A stretch of 64,000 nucleotides of DNA from Bacteroidia bacterium (GCA_964215915.1 CAXPEB010000094.1:535-64534); one strand, 5' to 3'. Shown: positions 18,636-28,449, counted from the first letter of the stretch. Translations and numbers: made by a program. Notes: generated by a model not told the origin, from the sequence alone.

Positions 18636-19883
18636 ATGCGTCTTCTTTTGTCGATTTTTTTACCTGTCTGCGCATTAATTTTTTCCATTCCTCTGAAAAG
18701 TCAGATTATCAGCGGGGAAGCCAAAAACCCGAATGAGATTAGTATCGCGGTTAACCATAGCGACGAATCACAAATTGTGGTCGGGGCCAATATCGCATAC
18801 CTCTTTATCAGTTCTGATTCAGGACAAAGCTGGAAGACCCGCACACAAAAAAGCCGTCTCGGGGTATACGGGGACCCATCGGTATACTGCAATTCGAAGG
18901 GGGTATTCTTCCATGCCCACCTAAGTAAAACAAAAGGCAAGGGCTGGCCCGCCTGGTTTGATCGTATGGTGGTTCAGCGGTCCCGGAAACGGGGACGTCG
19001 CTGGAATCGTGGAACCGGGGTGGGACTCAATGGTACCAGGATGCAAGACAAAGAATGGCTCTGCGGAGACGAGAATCCCAATTCGCCCTACTACGGAAAC
19101 CTTTATATCAGCTGGACGGAATTCGATCAATACGAAAGCGAGGATACTTCCTGCCATTCCCGTATACGATTTGCCGTCAGCAATGATGAGGCACGCACTT
19201 TTTCAGAACCGGTAAGCGTTTCCGACCTGGAAGGCGATTGTCGGGATGATGACGGCACCCTGGAAGGAGCAACAGGCACCACTGGGCCTTCGGGAGAAAT
19301 TTACCTGGTTTGGGCAGGCCGCAACCGCCTGTGGTTCGATGTATCGAAAGACGGGGGAAGAAGCTTCGGGAAAGACAGGGAAATAGCCACCCTTCATGAA
19401 GGATGGACCCTGGATATCCCCGGGATCAACAGGAGCAACGGAATGCCTTTCCTGCAATGCGACCCGAAAAGCGGAAGAATTTATGTGGTTTATGGTGACC
19501 GGGAAGGAACGCTCGCTTCTGTCATCCTGCTTTATTCCGACGACCAGGGGAATAACTGGACACGCATCGGGATTGGCCAGGGCGGAGGGCATGCTTTCCT
19601 GCCAAATCTAAGCTTCAACCCGAGAAGCGGTAAACTTGGCATTCTCTATTATCAGCTGAATGCGGATACTTCATTAATTCAACCGGTAATGTGTATCCTC
19701 GACAAGAATATGAAAAGCAGCTACCACATGCTGGACGTTCCGTTCAGTCCACCCGGCAAAAAGATCTTTTTCGGGGATTACATCGATATCGATTATTTCG
19801 GAGAGGGCTTTATGGGGGCATGGATGAGTTATGAAGAAAGGAAAATGGTGGTGCGCATAGCTCGGGTCACGGGAACTTCCTGA
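18636..19883 (+). CDS. secreted BNR/Asp-box repeat protein (sialidase-superfamily beta-propeller)
   Basis: Signal peptide plus Asp-box motifs SSDSGQSWKT, SKDGGRSFG and SDDQGNNWT. Confidence 0.7.
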   Translation: MRLLLSIFLPVCALIFSIPLKSQIISGEAKNPNEISIAVNHSDESQIVVGANIAYLFISSDSGQSWKTRTQKSRLGVYGDPSVYCNSKGVFFHAHLSKTKGKGWPAWFDRMVVQRSRKRGRRWNRGTGVGLNGTRMQDKEWLCGDENPNSPYYGNLYISWTEFDQYESEDTSCHSRIRFAVSNDEARTFSEPVSVSDLEGDCRDDDGTLEGATGTTGPSGEIYLVWAGRNRLWFDVSKDGGRSFGKDREIATLHEGWTLDIPGINRSNGMPFLQCDPKSGRIYVVYGDREGTLASVILLYSDDQGNNWTRIGIGQGGGHAFLPNLSFNPRSGKLGILYYQLNADTSLIQPVMCILDKNMKSSYHMLDVPFSPPGKKIFFGDYIDIDYFGEGFMGAWMSYEERKMVVRIARVTGTS

Positions 19884-19902
19884 ACGCATTCACCGGAATT
19901 GA

Positions 19903-19910
19903 TATCTTTG
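19903..19910 (+). promoter_or_regulatory. -7 promoter box TAtcTTTG abutting the fabG start
   Basis: Exact TAnnTTTG match. Only 5 nt separate its G from ATG 19916. Confidence 0.45.
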
Positions 19911-19915
19911 TCGCG

Positions 19916-20665
19916 ATGAAACTGCTTGAAAATAAAGTAGCGCTGATCACCGGTGCTACACGCGGTATCGGCAAGGGCATTGCCGAACGCTTCGCTAGTG
20001 AAGGTGCGGATGTGGCCTTCTCCTTTGCCTCATCCGAAGAAAAAGCCAGAGCACTGGAAAAAGACCTGGAAAGCCGCTTCGGGATCAAAGCCCGCGGATA
20101 TAAATCCAATGCCGCGGTGTTCAGCGAAAGTGACGAGCTGATCAATGCTGTCATCGCGGAATTCGGAAAAATCGATGTCCTCGTGAACAATGCCGGGATC
20201 ACCCGGGATACGCTGTTGATGCGTATGACAGAAGACCAATGGGATGAAGTGATCAATACCAACCTGAAATCCGCCTTCAATCTGACCAAGGCTTCTCTCA
20301 GGCCTTTTCTGAAACAAAAGAGCGGTTCCATTATCAATATGACTTCCGTAGTGGGCGTGATGGGCAATGCCGGACAAGCCAATTATGCGGCCTCCAAGGC
20401 GGGCATGATCGGGTTTACCAAATCGGTAGCTAAAGAACTGGGTTCCCGGAATATCCGATGCAATGCCGTGGCACCCGGGTTCATAGAAACCGAAATGACC
20501 GCCGAACTGGATGAAGATACCCTGAGAAGCTGGAGGGACGCTATTCCGCTAAAACGAGGCGGAACCCCGGAGGATGTTGCCAATCTGTGCGTATTCCTGG
20601 CTTCGGATATGAGTACCTACATTACCGGGCAAACCCTCCATGTTGATGGCGGAATGGTGATGTAG
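19916..20665 (+). CDS. fabG: 3-oxoacyl-[ACP] reductase
   Basis: KVALITGATRGIGKGIA...NNAGITRD...NYAASKAG...PGFIETEM...GQTLHVDGGM. Confidence 0.9.
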   Translation: MKLLENKVALITGATRGIGKGIAERFASEGADVAFSFASSEEKARALEKDLESRFGIKARGYKSNAAVFSESDELINAVIAEFGKIDVLVNNAGITRDTLLMRMTEDQWDEVINTNLKSAFNLTKASLRPFLKQKSGSIINMTSVVGVMGNAGQANYAASKAGMIGFTKSVAKELGSRNIRCNAVAPGFIETEMTAELDEDTLRSWRDAIPLKRGGTPEDVANLCVFLASDMSTYITGQTLHVDGGMVM

Positions 20666-20676
20666 TCCCTAAGAAA

Positions 20677-22200
20677 TTAATCTGTTTTCTGAAAGCGGGT
20701 GCTGTAAAGTAACCCGCTTTTTGTTTGGATACGGATGAAGTAGACGCCGGCTTGCAAATCTGCAACAAGGAGTTTCTCTTCCTTCAGGGAACTGGTCAAT
20801 ACTTCCTTCCCGCGACTATCGAATACGCTCACCCATGCTATTTGCGACAAGTCCATTCCCGAAATCATCAGTTCCTTCCCGGCAGGATTCGGATAAACCC
20901 CGATAGAATACCTTTCCGGCAATGGAGCTGCTCCGGAAAGCGTGTTTTTCCAATACGCATACACCTGATCGGCATCCTGTTGGAAAGCGCAAACATTTGC
21001 CTGTACATCGGCTTCTTTCCGGGTGAAAATAAAAGCCACATCCAGGGCCACTACATCGCCTGGGGCAAGGCTACCGGGCCCACTGCTGCCCAGCATATTT
21101 CTGCGCCCGGGAATAGTCCCCGAACTGCCATATTCTGTCCATCCAACATTTGAACAAGGGTCTCCCTGGAAATAGTAGGAGCTTTGCACTGACTGCGGGT
21201 CCTGTAATGTGGAGCCATCTTTCCAGCGGGCATTCAGGTATTGAAAATAATGTGCGGCTTCGGTCGGCCATCCGTAAGTATCTTCCCTGTCCCAGTTAAA
21301 CCCGATAGTCCGGTTGAGATTATCCTGCAGAAAGCGGACACCGATCACTGCCGGTCGATCGGCATAGCCCCCGGAATCATATGGGTCTGCATTGTAGCAG
21401 AAGTAACTGTGTCGTATGGAATCGGTGCTGATAAAGTTGTCATCAGGTTTACCCAGCAAAAAATCGGTATAAACGCCCGCAAAAACAGAATCATAGGTCC
21501 GCTGACTCCGGTTCACGATCCGGTATTTCACAAAAACGACATCCGGCATATCCCGATCCGTATAAACCATGGCATACACCTCCACTCCCATAGCATTTCC
21601 TCCGGATTGCTGATGGGTGCTTCGCTGGTCATTATAGATCATATAGGTTGCCTGATCCCCCTGAATATACGGGACTTCTCCTTCTGAGGGGTCGTAGATC
21701 CCATTGCTATTCAGGTCGACAAAGGGGGCGAGGATAGGGTTATAATCGCCGGGACGGGTATTGGACCCCGGCCAGTTTGCGATGCTCCAGGGGGCTTGGT
21801 AACCGGTGTTGTTGTACAGTGTTTTGTGTTCCTCAATCATGGCCGAGTCCACGGTCCATACATAGTTCCAGTAGCTGGTGTCATCCGCTACCCCGCTACT
21901 TCGATCAATGGGCCCCGGTTGAAAATCACGGCCGCTGCTGTCATAACAGGCCGCTGACAGGTAAAGTATTCCGCCGTTCTTCCCTGCTATCCATAAACCG
22001 GAAGAAAGGATTCCCTGAATACCGGAATCGATGGGGGCCTCAAAGGAGGCGTTTCCCTGGTTCTGAAAGATCACTCCGGCGTTGGATACGGTATACCGAA
22101 TGCCGGGGCCGTTTATCACCTGACTCGGTTGCTGAGCGCTTACTTCCGAAAGGAATCCTCCCAGAAGGCAGAAAAAGAAAATCCCTGTAGTGATTCTCAT
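20677..22200 (-). CDS. secreted protein with T9SS type A C-terminal sorting domain
   Basis: Start placed at MRITTGIFFFCLLGGFLSEVSAQ (signal peptide). The C-terminus is YPNPAGKELMISGMDLS...VFDSRGKEV...LQAGVYFIRIQTKSG. Confidence 0.7.
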   Translation of the reverse strand: MRITTGIFFFCLLGGFLSEVSAQQPSQVINGPGIRYTVSNAGVIFQNQGNASFEAPIDSGIQGILSSGLWIAGKNGGILYLSAACYDSSGRDFQPGPIDRSSGVADDTSYWNYVWTVDSAMIEEHKTLYNNTGYQAPWSIANWPGSNTRPGDYNPILAPFVDLNSNGIYDPSEGEVPYIQGDQATYMIYNDQRSTHQQSGGNAMGVEVYAMVYTDRDMPDVVFVKYRIVNRSQRTYDSVFAGVYTDFLLGKPDDNFISTDSIRHSYFCYNADPYDSGGYADRPAVIGVRFLQDNLNRTIGFNWDREDTYGWPTEAAHYFQYLNARWKDGSTLQDPQSVQSSYYFQGDPCSNVGWTEYGSSGTIPGRRNMLGSSGPGSLAPGDVVALDVAFIFTRKEADVQANVCAFQQDADQVYAYWKNTLSGAAPLPERYSIGVYPNPAGKELMISGMDLSQIAWVSVFDSRGKEVLTSSLKEEKLLVADLQAGVYFIRIQTKSGLLYSTRFQKTD

Positions 22201-22250
22201 GGATGACCAAGATAAATCAATACAGGGATTCAAGCAATTCCTTTGGATGA

Positions 22251-23762
22251 TCAGAAACGGTAGCGCAGACCGGTGAAGAGGTTAAGCGTCTGGTAGCGTT
22301 GGCTGAATTCAGAACCTCCTTTGGTGAGCGAGCCGAGTCCGAGACGGAGTCCGGGTTCGAAGAGCAGGTCGAAGTGTGATTGCTCACCGCCCAGTTTCCA
22401 GGCTGCTCCCACGTTGAAGAGCAAGTCGGCACCTGCATAAGCCCTGAAGGGGTTTCCTGCCTGGCTGAGGTCAATGATCTCGTTGTTAACCGGTCCGAGG
22501 ATCTGCCCCTGTTGCGTAAAGCTCAGGTTTACCATCATCCCTGCACTGGCATTCAAAGTCAGGCGTTTGTTGGTATAGGCATTCCAGGTAAGTACCAGCG
22601 GAACATCTACAAAGGTGTATCGGTTATTGGAAGTTACCGGAGTCACTCTGGACTTCGTAACCGTATCATGTACCGTATAGGTGATGGTGCGGGGTCCGGT
22701 GATCGGGTCAACGATGACTCCGGTTACCTGACGGTCTTCCACACTTTGGTAGTATTCGGTTTTGTTGAACTTCAGCGTTTCGTTGATCCGGCTATAGGAC
22801 AAACCGGTACGGAAGTAAAGGACGTCGCTGTGCTCAAACAGGCGGTATCCGGTACGAAGCTGGAGTGTAAAGGCACTTCCCGGTGTTTCAGCAGCCTTAC
22901 GGGTGTTGAGGTAATCTGCTTGTCCTTTAACTGCGCGGTTTACGAAGTTATAAGAGCCCATGAGTTCGATCGACCAGCGGGAAGGAGTGATCGGGGGTTG
23001 TACCACCGTTTTCTGCTTATCCGTTTGCTGACCTTCGGTGTCCTGTTTTCCGTTTATTTCTGCCACTACAGGAGGCTCGGGTTTTGGAAGCGGAGTAACC
23101 GGGCCGGCGTTGCGGCGTTGCGGAATGGTTCCGGGAACCATATTCCGGCGTTCTCTTTCTCCGTCGCCGTTACCATATGTTGGAATCTCGTATGGAGGTA
23201 CCACCACGGTTTCTTCTTCCCGGGGCTTGTCCGGAGTACTTGCCCCGTCTTTGTTCCCCTCACCGGTTTTCGCAGCATTAGCCGGAGTGGTTGATTTTTT
23301 GGATTGAGCAGGATTAGTGTTGGCTGGAGCATGAGCAGACGGTGAGGTCTGTACATGCGAATTGAAGCCGGGAACCTGTGCCATGGCATGTTCGCTGGCA
23401 TCTCCGGTTTTTTCCGGCAATGGCATCGTGGTATTCCCGTTGTTTTTCTCTGCTGGAGAAGTAGTATTACCCTGCCCCTTTTCAACATAAGCGGTTTCCG
23501 GTGCAGTATTTACTTCGGAACCGTTTGTAAGGGTATTGGGTTTTTCATCCAGAAGCAGAACAAAGGCGGCAGAGCTCAGCAGTGCGAGCACGGCTGCTAC
23601 CGACAGGTACCAACGGCTGTTCTGTTTAAAGTTGTTTACCAACTTATAAACAGGCGTACGTTTCTGATCTATCCTCTCCCATACGTGCATGGGGGGCTCC
23701 ATCGCTGCGTGCTCAAGCCCGTCGCGGAACAGATCATCAATGGGGTGCCTATTTTCGTTCAT
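22251..23762 (-). CDS. single-pass membrane protein with long low-complexity linker and C-terminal beta-barrel-like domain (putative anti-sigma partner)
   Basis: Start ATG 23762 overlaps the sigma-factor stop by 14 nt. The protein has a TM segment WYLSVAAVLALLSSAAFVLLL and a P/T/N/K/E-rich stretch of about 220 aa. The C-terminal ~240 aa alternates hydrophobic and polar residues and ends in GLRYRF. Confidence 0.6.
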   Translation of the reverse strand: MNENRHPIDDLFRDGLEHAAMEPPMHVWERIDQKRTPVYKLVNNFKQNSRWYLSVAAVLALLSSAAFVLLLDEKPNTLTNGSEVNTAPETAYVEKGQGNTTSPAEKNNGNTTMPLPEKTGDASEHAMAQVPGFNSHVQTSPSAHAPANTNPAQSKKSTTPANAAKTGEGNKDGASTPDKPREEETVVVPPYEIPTYGNGDGERERRNMVPGTIPQRRNAGPVTPLPKPEPPVVAEINGKQDTEGQQTDKQKTVVQPPITPSRWSIELMGSYNFVNRAVKGQADYLNTRKAAETPGSAFTLQLRTGYRLFEHSDVLYFRTGLSYSRINETLKFNKTEYYQSVEDRQVTGVIVDPITGPRTITYTVHDTVTKSRVTPVTSNNRYTFVDVPLVLTWNAYTNKRLTLNASAGMMVNLSFTQQGQILGPVNNEIIDLSQAGNPFRAYAGADLLFNVGAAWKLGGEQSHFDLLFEPGLRLGLGSLTKGGSEFSQRYQTLNLFTGLRYRF

Positions 23763-24294
23763 AAGCGATCGTTTGCGAGTCGTTAACTTTCTTTTGTAAC
23801 CATTTTCTGGCTTTGGCCAATTGAGAACGGGAAGTACCTTCATTCACACCCAGGGTTTCTGCGATTTCCGCATGACTGAACCCTTCTATGGCATAAAGGT
23901 TAAATACAATCCGGTAACCCTCTGGAAGCCCCTGTACCATTTTCATCAGCTCACCTTGTGAGATCTTTTCCAGTACAGTAGCATCTTCGGGCATGTCATA
24001 GTCTTCGGCAATACCGATCGTTTCATTTTTGAAACTGCTTTTTCGGTACATTTTTAAGGCCGTATTGACCATGATCCTGCGGATCCATCCTTCAAAAGAA
24101 CCATTGCCACGGAATTTGGAGATGTTGTCAAACACTTTAATAAAGCCTTCCTGCAGTATGTCTTCCGCTTCCAGATCAGTTCGGGCATAACGATGACAAA
24201 CCGCGAGCATCTTGCCCGCGTATGTCTTGTACAGGGCATATTGGCTCGCCCTGTCCTCTTGTATACACCCGTTGATCAATTCCTCTTCGCTCAT
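23749..24294 (-). CDS. ECF-type RNA polymerase sigma-70 factor
   Basis: YKTYAGKMLAVCHRYARTDLEAEDILQEGFIKVF (region 2) and FNLYAIEGFSHAEIAETLGVNEGTSRSQLAKARK (region 4 HTH). Start taken at MSEEELING. Confidence 0.85.
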   Translation of the reverse strand: MSEEELINGCIQEDRASQYALYKTYAGKMLAVCHRYARTDLEAEDILQEGFIKVFDNISKFRGNGSFEGWIRRIMVNTALKMYRKSSFKNETIGIAEDYDMPEDATVLEKISQGELMKMVQGLPEGYRIVFNLYAIEGFSHAEIAETLGVNEGTSRSQLAKARKWLQKKVNDSQTIAYERK

Positions 24295-24460
24295 ACCATT
24301 AGCAGGGGGCAGGACTGATTTGGCTCCAATTCCGTTACCCCAAAGAGCACTCAAGATACGATAATGTTGCCTGAAAAAGAAAAAAATGATCGGGCTACTG
24401 CCCCAAGCCTTTCATGCTGGTTTTCTGCATAAAAATTGCAACATTTGCTCGTCATCATCT

Positions 24461-26560
24461 ATGTCCTCAGTCGGAGTTCTGTTTAATTATCCTGTTTGGT
24501 ATCTGTTCTTTTGTGCAGCGGGTGCCGGTTTCTTTGCCTGGCTCCTGTACCGGTGGCCCTTGTTCGGCGAAGAAGATCGCTTGTGGTTGCGCCGCTCTCT
24601 CGGGGTGTTGCGCTTCGCGGTGCTTTTCGTATTGATGGCCTTCCTGCTGGAACCTATGCTTCGCAACAGCCAACGGGAACTTGAAAAACCCGTGGTGGCC
24701 GTTGTGCTTGATAACAGTGCCTCCATGCTGATGCAACATGATTCGGCAGGAAGCCGGCAACAGCTACTCGCCCTGAAAGATGCCCTGAACACGGGTTTAC
24801 AGAAGGATCATGAAGTACGTTTCTACCTCGCCGGTGACGGATTGCAGGAAAGCAATGAGCCGGATTTCCGTGCGCCTTCCAGCAACTTATCGGCTTCTCT
24901 CCGTAGCCTGGACGATCAATACGAAAACAGAAACCTCGGTGCTGTGGTATTGTTGTCGGATGGAATATACAACCAGGGGAATAACCCGGCCTACCTCACC
25001 CGAAGATCCAAAGCCCCTCTCTATACGGTAGCCCTGGGTGATACGGCAATCAAACGCGACCTGATCCTGGAGGAGGTGAGACATAACCGGTTGGCCTACC
25101 TGGGCAATGAGTTCCCGCTCCTGGCCACCGTCAGGGCAAATGAACTGAAAGGCTCACGAACCGTGCTCCGGGTGTTACAGGGAGAGAAAGAACTTTTCCG
25201 GCGTGAGTTGAGTATTGAGGAAAACAGCTGGGCTACCCAAATAGAAATCAAACTGACTGCCGAAAAAGCAGGCATGCAGCGTTATACTCTGGTTCTGGAA
25301 GAGGTCGAAGGCGAATTCACCCGTGTGAATAATACCAAAACCATTTATCTGGATGTGATCGATGCACGAAATAAAGTCCTCCTGCTCGCTCATTCCCCCC
25401 ACCCCGACTTGTCAGCCATCCGGCAGGCTATTGCCAGCAACGAGAATTACCAGGTAGAACTGACTTATGCCCGTGACCCGGGAACGATCAATTACCAGGA
25501 ACTCAATCTATTGATCCTGCACCAGCTTCCCTCCACTTCTTATCCCGTTGAAAAGGTGCTTGAAAAGTGCAGCGAACAGGGTATTCCTGTGCTGTTTATC
25601 ATCGGAGAGCAAAGTGCCCTGCACCTGGCAGGCAAATGGTCCAAAGGCCTGGGCATTCGAAGAACGCTTCCTGATGCCAATGAAGCACTCCCTCTGGTTT
25701 CCGATGACTTTCAGCTATTCCGGCTCAGCGATGAGACCCGTTCTTCCATACTACGCTTCCCTCCGCTATGGACGCCCTTCGGTCAATACACTGCACCTGC
25801 TCCCAATCAGACCCTGCTCCTGCAAAAGATAGGTTCTATCGCCACGGAAGACCCCCTGCTTGCCTTCGCAGAAGGAGGAGAACAAAAGATCGGGCTTCTT
25901 TACGGGGAAGGTTTCTGGCGTTGGAGGTTACACGATTTCGATCAGAACGGAAACCACGAAGCCAGCAACGAGTTGATGAGCCGGATGATTCAATACCTGG
26001 CTGCTAAAAAAGATACCCGGCCTTTCCGCACCGAGCCGGTCAAAAGGCAATTTGACGAAAACGAAAGGATTCGTTTCCGGGCTGAACTGTATAATGATGC
26101 CTTCCAGCTGGTGAATGAGCCGGAGGTGAATCTCAGCCTCAAAGATGAATCGGGTAAGGAGTATACTTTCCGTTTTGTGAGAGATGACCAGGCCTATACC
26201 CTGGATGCCGGATTCCTGCCCGCCGGCGATTATCGGTATTCCGCATCGGTCAACTATAACGGTAAAGACCTGCGTTCAAGCGGACTCATCAGTATCAAGC
26301 CCCTGGAACTCGAAGCCCTGAACACCCGGGCGGATTTCCGCCTGCTGAATCAACTCGCTGAAAAAAACGGGGGTAAAATGTTCGGAGCAAATCAGAGCGA
26401 TGCGCTTATCGAAGCCATCAACGCCGACGATTCTATCCATACCGTCTCCTACCTGCACTCAAGCCTTGACGATCTGATTCGCCTAAAATGGATATTTTGG
26501 TTACTGGTTGGCCTGCTGGCCACAGAATGGTTCGTCCGGAAATTCCGTGGGGCTTACTGA
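24461..26560 (+). CDS. membrane protein with BatA-type N-terminal double-TM region and vWA-like domain
   Basis: MSSVGVLFNYPVWYLFFCAAGAGFFAWLLYRW plus a second TM. VVAVVLDNSASM is a DxSxS MIDAS-like motif. There is a C-terminal TM (IFWLLVGLLATEWF). Confidence 0.6.
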   Translation: MSSVGVLFNYPVWYLFFCAAGAGFFAWLLYRWPLFGEEDRLWLRRSLGVLRFAVLFVLMAFLLEPMLRNSQRELEKPVVAVVLDNSASMLMQHDSAGSRQQLLALKDALNTGLQKDHEVRFYLAGDGLQESNEPDFRAPSSNLSASLRSLDDQYENRNLGAVVLLSDGIYNQGNNPAYLTRRSKAPLYTVALGDTAIKRDLILEEVRHNRLAYLGNEFPLLATVRANELKGSRTVLRVLQGEKELFRRELSIEENSWATQIEIKLTAEKAGMQRYTLVLEEVEGEFTRVNNTKTIYLDVIDARNKVLLLAHSPHPDLSAIRQAIASNENYQVELTYARDPGTINYQELNLLILHQLPSTSYPVEKVLEKCSEQGIPVLFIIGEQSALHLAGKWSKGLGIRRTLPDANEALPLVSDDFQLFRLSDETRSSILRFPPLWTPFGQYTAPAPNQTLLLQKIGSIATEDPLLAFAEGGEQKIGLLYGEGFWRWRLHDFDQNGNHEASNELMSRMIQYLAAKKDTRPFRTEPVKRQFDENERIRFRAELYNDAFQLVNEPEVNLSLKDESGKEYTFRFVRDDQAYTLDAGFLPAGDYRYSASVNYNGKDLRSSGLISIKPLELEALNTRADFRLLNQLAEKNGGKMFGANQSDALIEAINADDSIHTVSYLHSSLDDLIRLKWIFWLLVGLLATEWFVRKFRGAY

Positions 26561-27127
26561 TCAGCGCTTCTTCCTGGCTGGAAAACGCATGCGGTAATCC
26601 GCTTCCACTTTCCCTTTGGTGATATCATTCAGTTTTCGCGCTATCAGCCGCTTACGAAGCGGGTTGATCAGGTCTGTGAACAGCACTCCGTCGGTGTGGT
26701 CGTGCTCATGCTGAATGATCCTGGCAGCAAGGCCATCGAATTGTTCTTCCTTCAATTCGAAATTCTCATCCATATACTCCAGCGTGATACGTTCCGGCCT
26801 GCGAACCTTTTCCCGGATTCCGGGAATACTCAGGCATCCTTCCTCAAAATCCCATTCATCGCCTTCCTCTTCGACGATATACGCATTGATAAACACCCGT
26901 TTGAATCCTTTTAATTGGGGGTCATCCTCGACAAAAGGACTACCGTCGACCACAAACAAACGAATGGGAAGACCAACCTGAGGAGCGGCCAAACCCACAC
27001 CATGACTGGCATACATGGTTTCAAACATGTTTTCGATCAGCTCGCTGAGGTTAGGATAAGTGGCGTCAATTTCTTCGGCCTCCTTTCTCAGCACCGGGTC
27101 TCCGTAAGCGTATATGGGAAGAATCAT
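26561..27127 (-). CDS. def: peptide deformylase
   Basis: GVGLAAPQVG, EGCLSIPG and QHEHDHTDG are the three canonical PDF motifs. Confidence 0.95.
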   Translation of the reverse strand: MILPIYAYGDPVLRKEAEEIDATYPNLSELIENMFETMYASHGVGLAAPQVGLPIRLFVVDGSPFVEDDPQLKGFKRVFINAYIVEEEGDEWDFEEGCLSIPGIREKVRRPERITLEYMDENFELKEEQFDGLAARIIQHEHDHTDGVLFTDLINPLRKRLIARKLNDITKGKVEADYRMRFPARKKR

Positions 27128-27534
27128 CTGGATGCTAAATAATCCTGCAAAATTAAGGTCGCGCTGACAGAATCCAAAAGCCGCTTGTCCTGACGCTTTT
27201 TCTTCTTCACTCCGGACTGGATCAGACTCTGTTGGGAAATTTTGGACGTATAGGTCTCATCCACGCGGTATACCGGCCGGCCGGGGATCTCTTTTTTCAG
27301 CTTATCGATAAATTCCAGGATTGCGCTTTCTATTTCAGAAGGCCTTCCATCCAGGCGAAAAGGCTGTCCGACCACAAAGGCTTCCACCTCTTCCTTGTCG
27401 CAATAAGATTTCAGGAAGGTCATTAATTTATCCGTATCCACGGTTTCCAAGGAGGTAGCAATAATCTGGAGCGGATCTGTTACCGCAATACCTGTGCGGC
27501 GCCCCCCATAGTCAATAGCAAGTAATCGCGGCAT
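27124..27534 (-). CDS. ruvX: Holliday-junction resolvase-like nuclease RuvX/YqgF
   Basis: RLLAIDYGGRRTGIAVTD...DETYTSK. A 4-nt overlap links it to def. Confidence 0.9.
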   Translation of the reverse strand: MPRLLAIDYGGRRTGIAVTDPLQIIATSLETVDTDKLMTFLKSYCDKEEVEAFVVGQPFRLDGRPSEIESAILEFIDKLKKEIPGRPVYRVDETYTSKISQQSLIQSGVKKKKRQDKRLLDSVSATLILQDYLASR

Positions 27535-27549
27535 AACTTATCTGAATAG

Positions 27550-27996
27550 CTACGACAGCTGAAACCGGATGGGCAACATGTAAAACACCCTTACCGGTTT
27601 CCCCTTCTGGCGCCCGGGCTTCCATCTGGGCATGTTTTTGACCACTTTTAATGCGGCCTTGTCACAGTCGGGATGAAGGCTTTTCACCGCCTCAACATTG
27701 GTCACGTTCCCTTCCTCATCGATCACAAAACGTATGACCACCCTGCCTTCTACCTTCTGGCGTCTTGCCCTTCCGGGATACTTTAGGTTATCGGCAATAT
27801 ATTGAAGCATGGCCTCCTCTCCTCCGGGAAACTCGGGCATTTCTTCAACCATCGAAAAAACTTCCGGCTTGCTGGCACCGGAATCGGCTGCGCTTTCGCC
27901 GCGACTTGCTGGGTCATTCTGTGCTAAGAGTCCGGTAGAGGCCAATACACCTATTCCCAAAAAGAGCAGATATCGTTTCATGTAGTTCTTTTTCAT
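27550..27996 (-). CDS. secreted TonB C-terminal-domain protein (no TonB anchor or Pro-rich rod)
   Basis: Signal peptide MKKNYMKRYLLFLGIGVLASTGLLAQ, then EEMPEFPGGEEAMLQYIADNLKYPGRARRQKVEGRVVIRFVIDEEGNVTNVEAVKSLHPDCDKAAL... Confidence 0.75.
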   Translation of the reverse strand: MKKNYMKRYLLFLGIGVLASTGLLAQNDPASRGESAADSGASKPEVFSMVEEMPEFPGGEEAMLQYIADNLKYPGRARRQKVEGRVVIRFVIDEEGNVTNVEAVKSLHPDCDKAALKVVKNMPRWKPGRQKGKPVRVFYMLPIRFQLS

Positions 27997-28023
27997 ATTG
28001 ATTTTGTCCGTCTCACTCTTCGG

Positions 28024-28440
28024 TTATCGGGGTAAACGGAATAGAACAGGTAGCCTGAATTTTACTTTTACCGGCTTTCCGCGATGGGTTGCCGGGATCC
28101 AATTTGGCATATTCCTGACCACATTTAATGCGGCCTCGTCACATTCCGGAGTCAGGCCTTTTTCCACCTTCAGGTCAGTAACAGCACCTTGCTCATTAAC
28201 GACAAAACTTACCACAACTCTTCCTTCAACTCCATCTTTTCGGGCACTTTCCGGGTATACGAGGTTATTGGAAATGTAGGCAAACAGAGCACCGTTTCCC
28301 CCTGGAAATTCAGGTGGGTTTTCTACCACTTCAAATATTTCCTGCGACCTGGCAGAAGAGTCCTTAACCGTGCTATCTGCCTGTTGGGAATATCCCATGC
28401 TAAAAAGCAACAAGGCCAGGGTCATCAATGCTTCTCTCAT
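28024..28440 (-). CDS. secreted TonB C-terminal-domain protein, tandem paralog
   Basis: Signal peptide MREALMTLALLLFSMGYSQ, then ENPPEFPGGNGALFAYISNNLVYPESARKDGVEGRVVVSFVVNEQGAVTDLKVEKGLTPECDEAAL... Confidence 0.75.
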   Translation of the reverse strand: MREALMTLALLLFSMGYSQQADSTVKDSSARSQEIFEVVENPPEFPGGNGALFAYISNNLVYPESARKDGVEGRVVVSFVVNEQGAVTDLKVEKGLTPECDEAALNVVRNMPNWIPATHRGKPVKVKFRLPVLFRLPR

Positions 28441-28449
28441 ACTTGTGGG

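Noticed and set aside
19867-20382. 171-aa minus-strand ORF across fabG, and 177-aa ORF at 44632-45165 across the SDR/patatin junction
   Set aside because: Both are antisense to well-supported genes with SDR and patatin motifs. Their composition is S/A/L-rich with no motifs.
22380-23294. 304-aa plus-strand ORF, along with shorter ones at 23038-23307 and 23355-23786
   Set aside because: These are antisense to the sigma-coupled membrane/barrel protein. The long open frames are explained by the biased, repetitive codon content of its Pro/Thr-rich linker. I see no motif and no plausible start context.
26558-26563. Very tight convergent gene ends. They include stop codons abutting as TGA|TCA at 26558-26563, and convergent overlaps at 9737-9757, 42192-42195 and 46075-46078.
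   Set aside because: This is consistent with the overall compactness of the segment. No hairpin or other structure is specifically associated, so there is nothing to test beyond the start and stop annotation.
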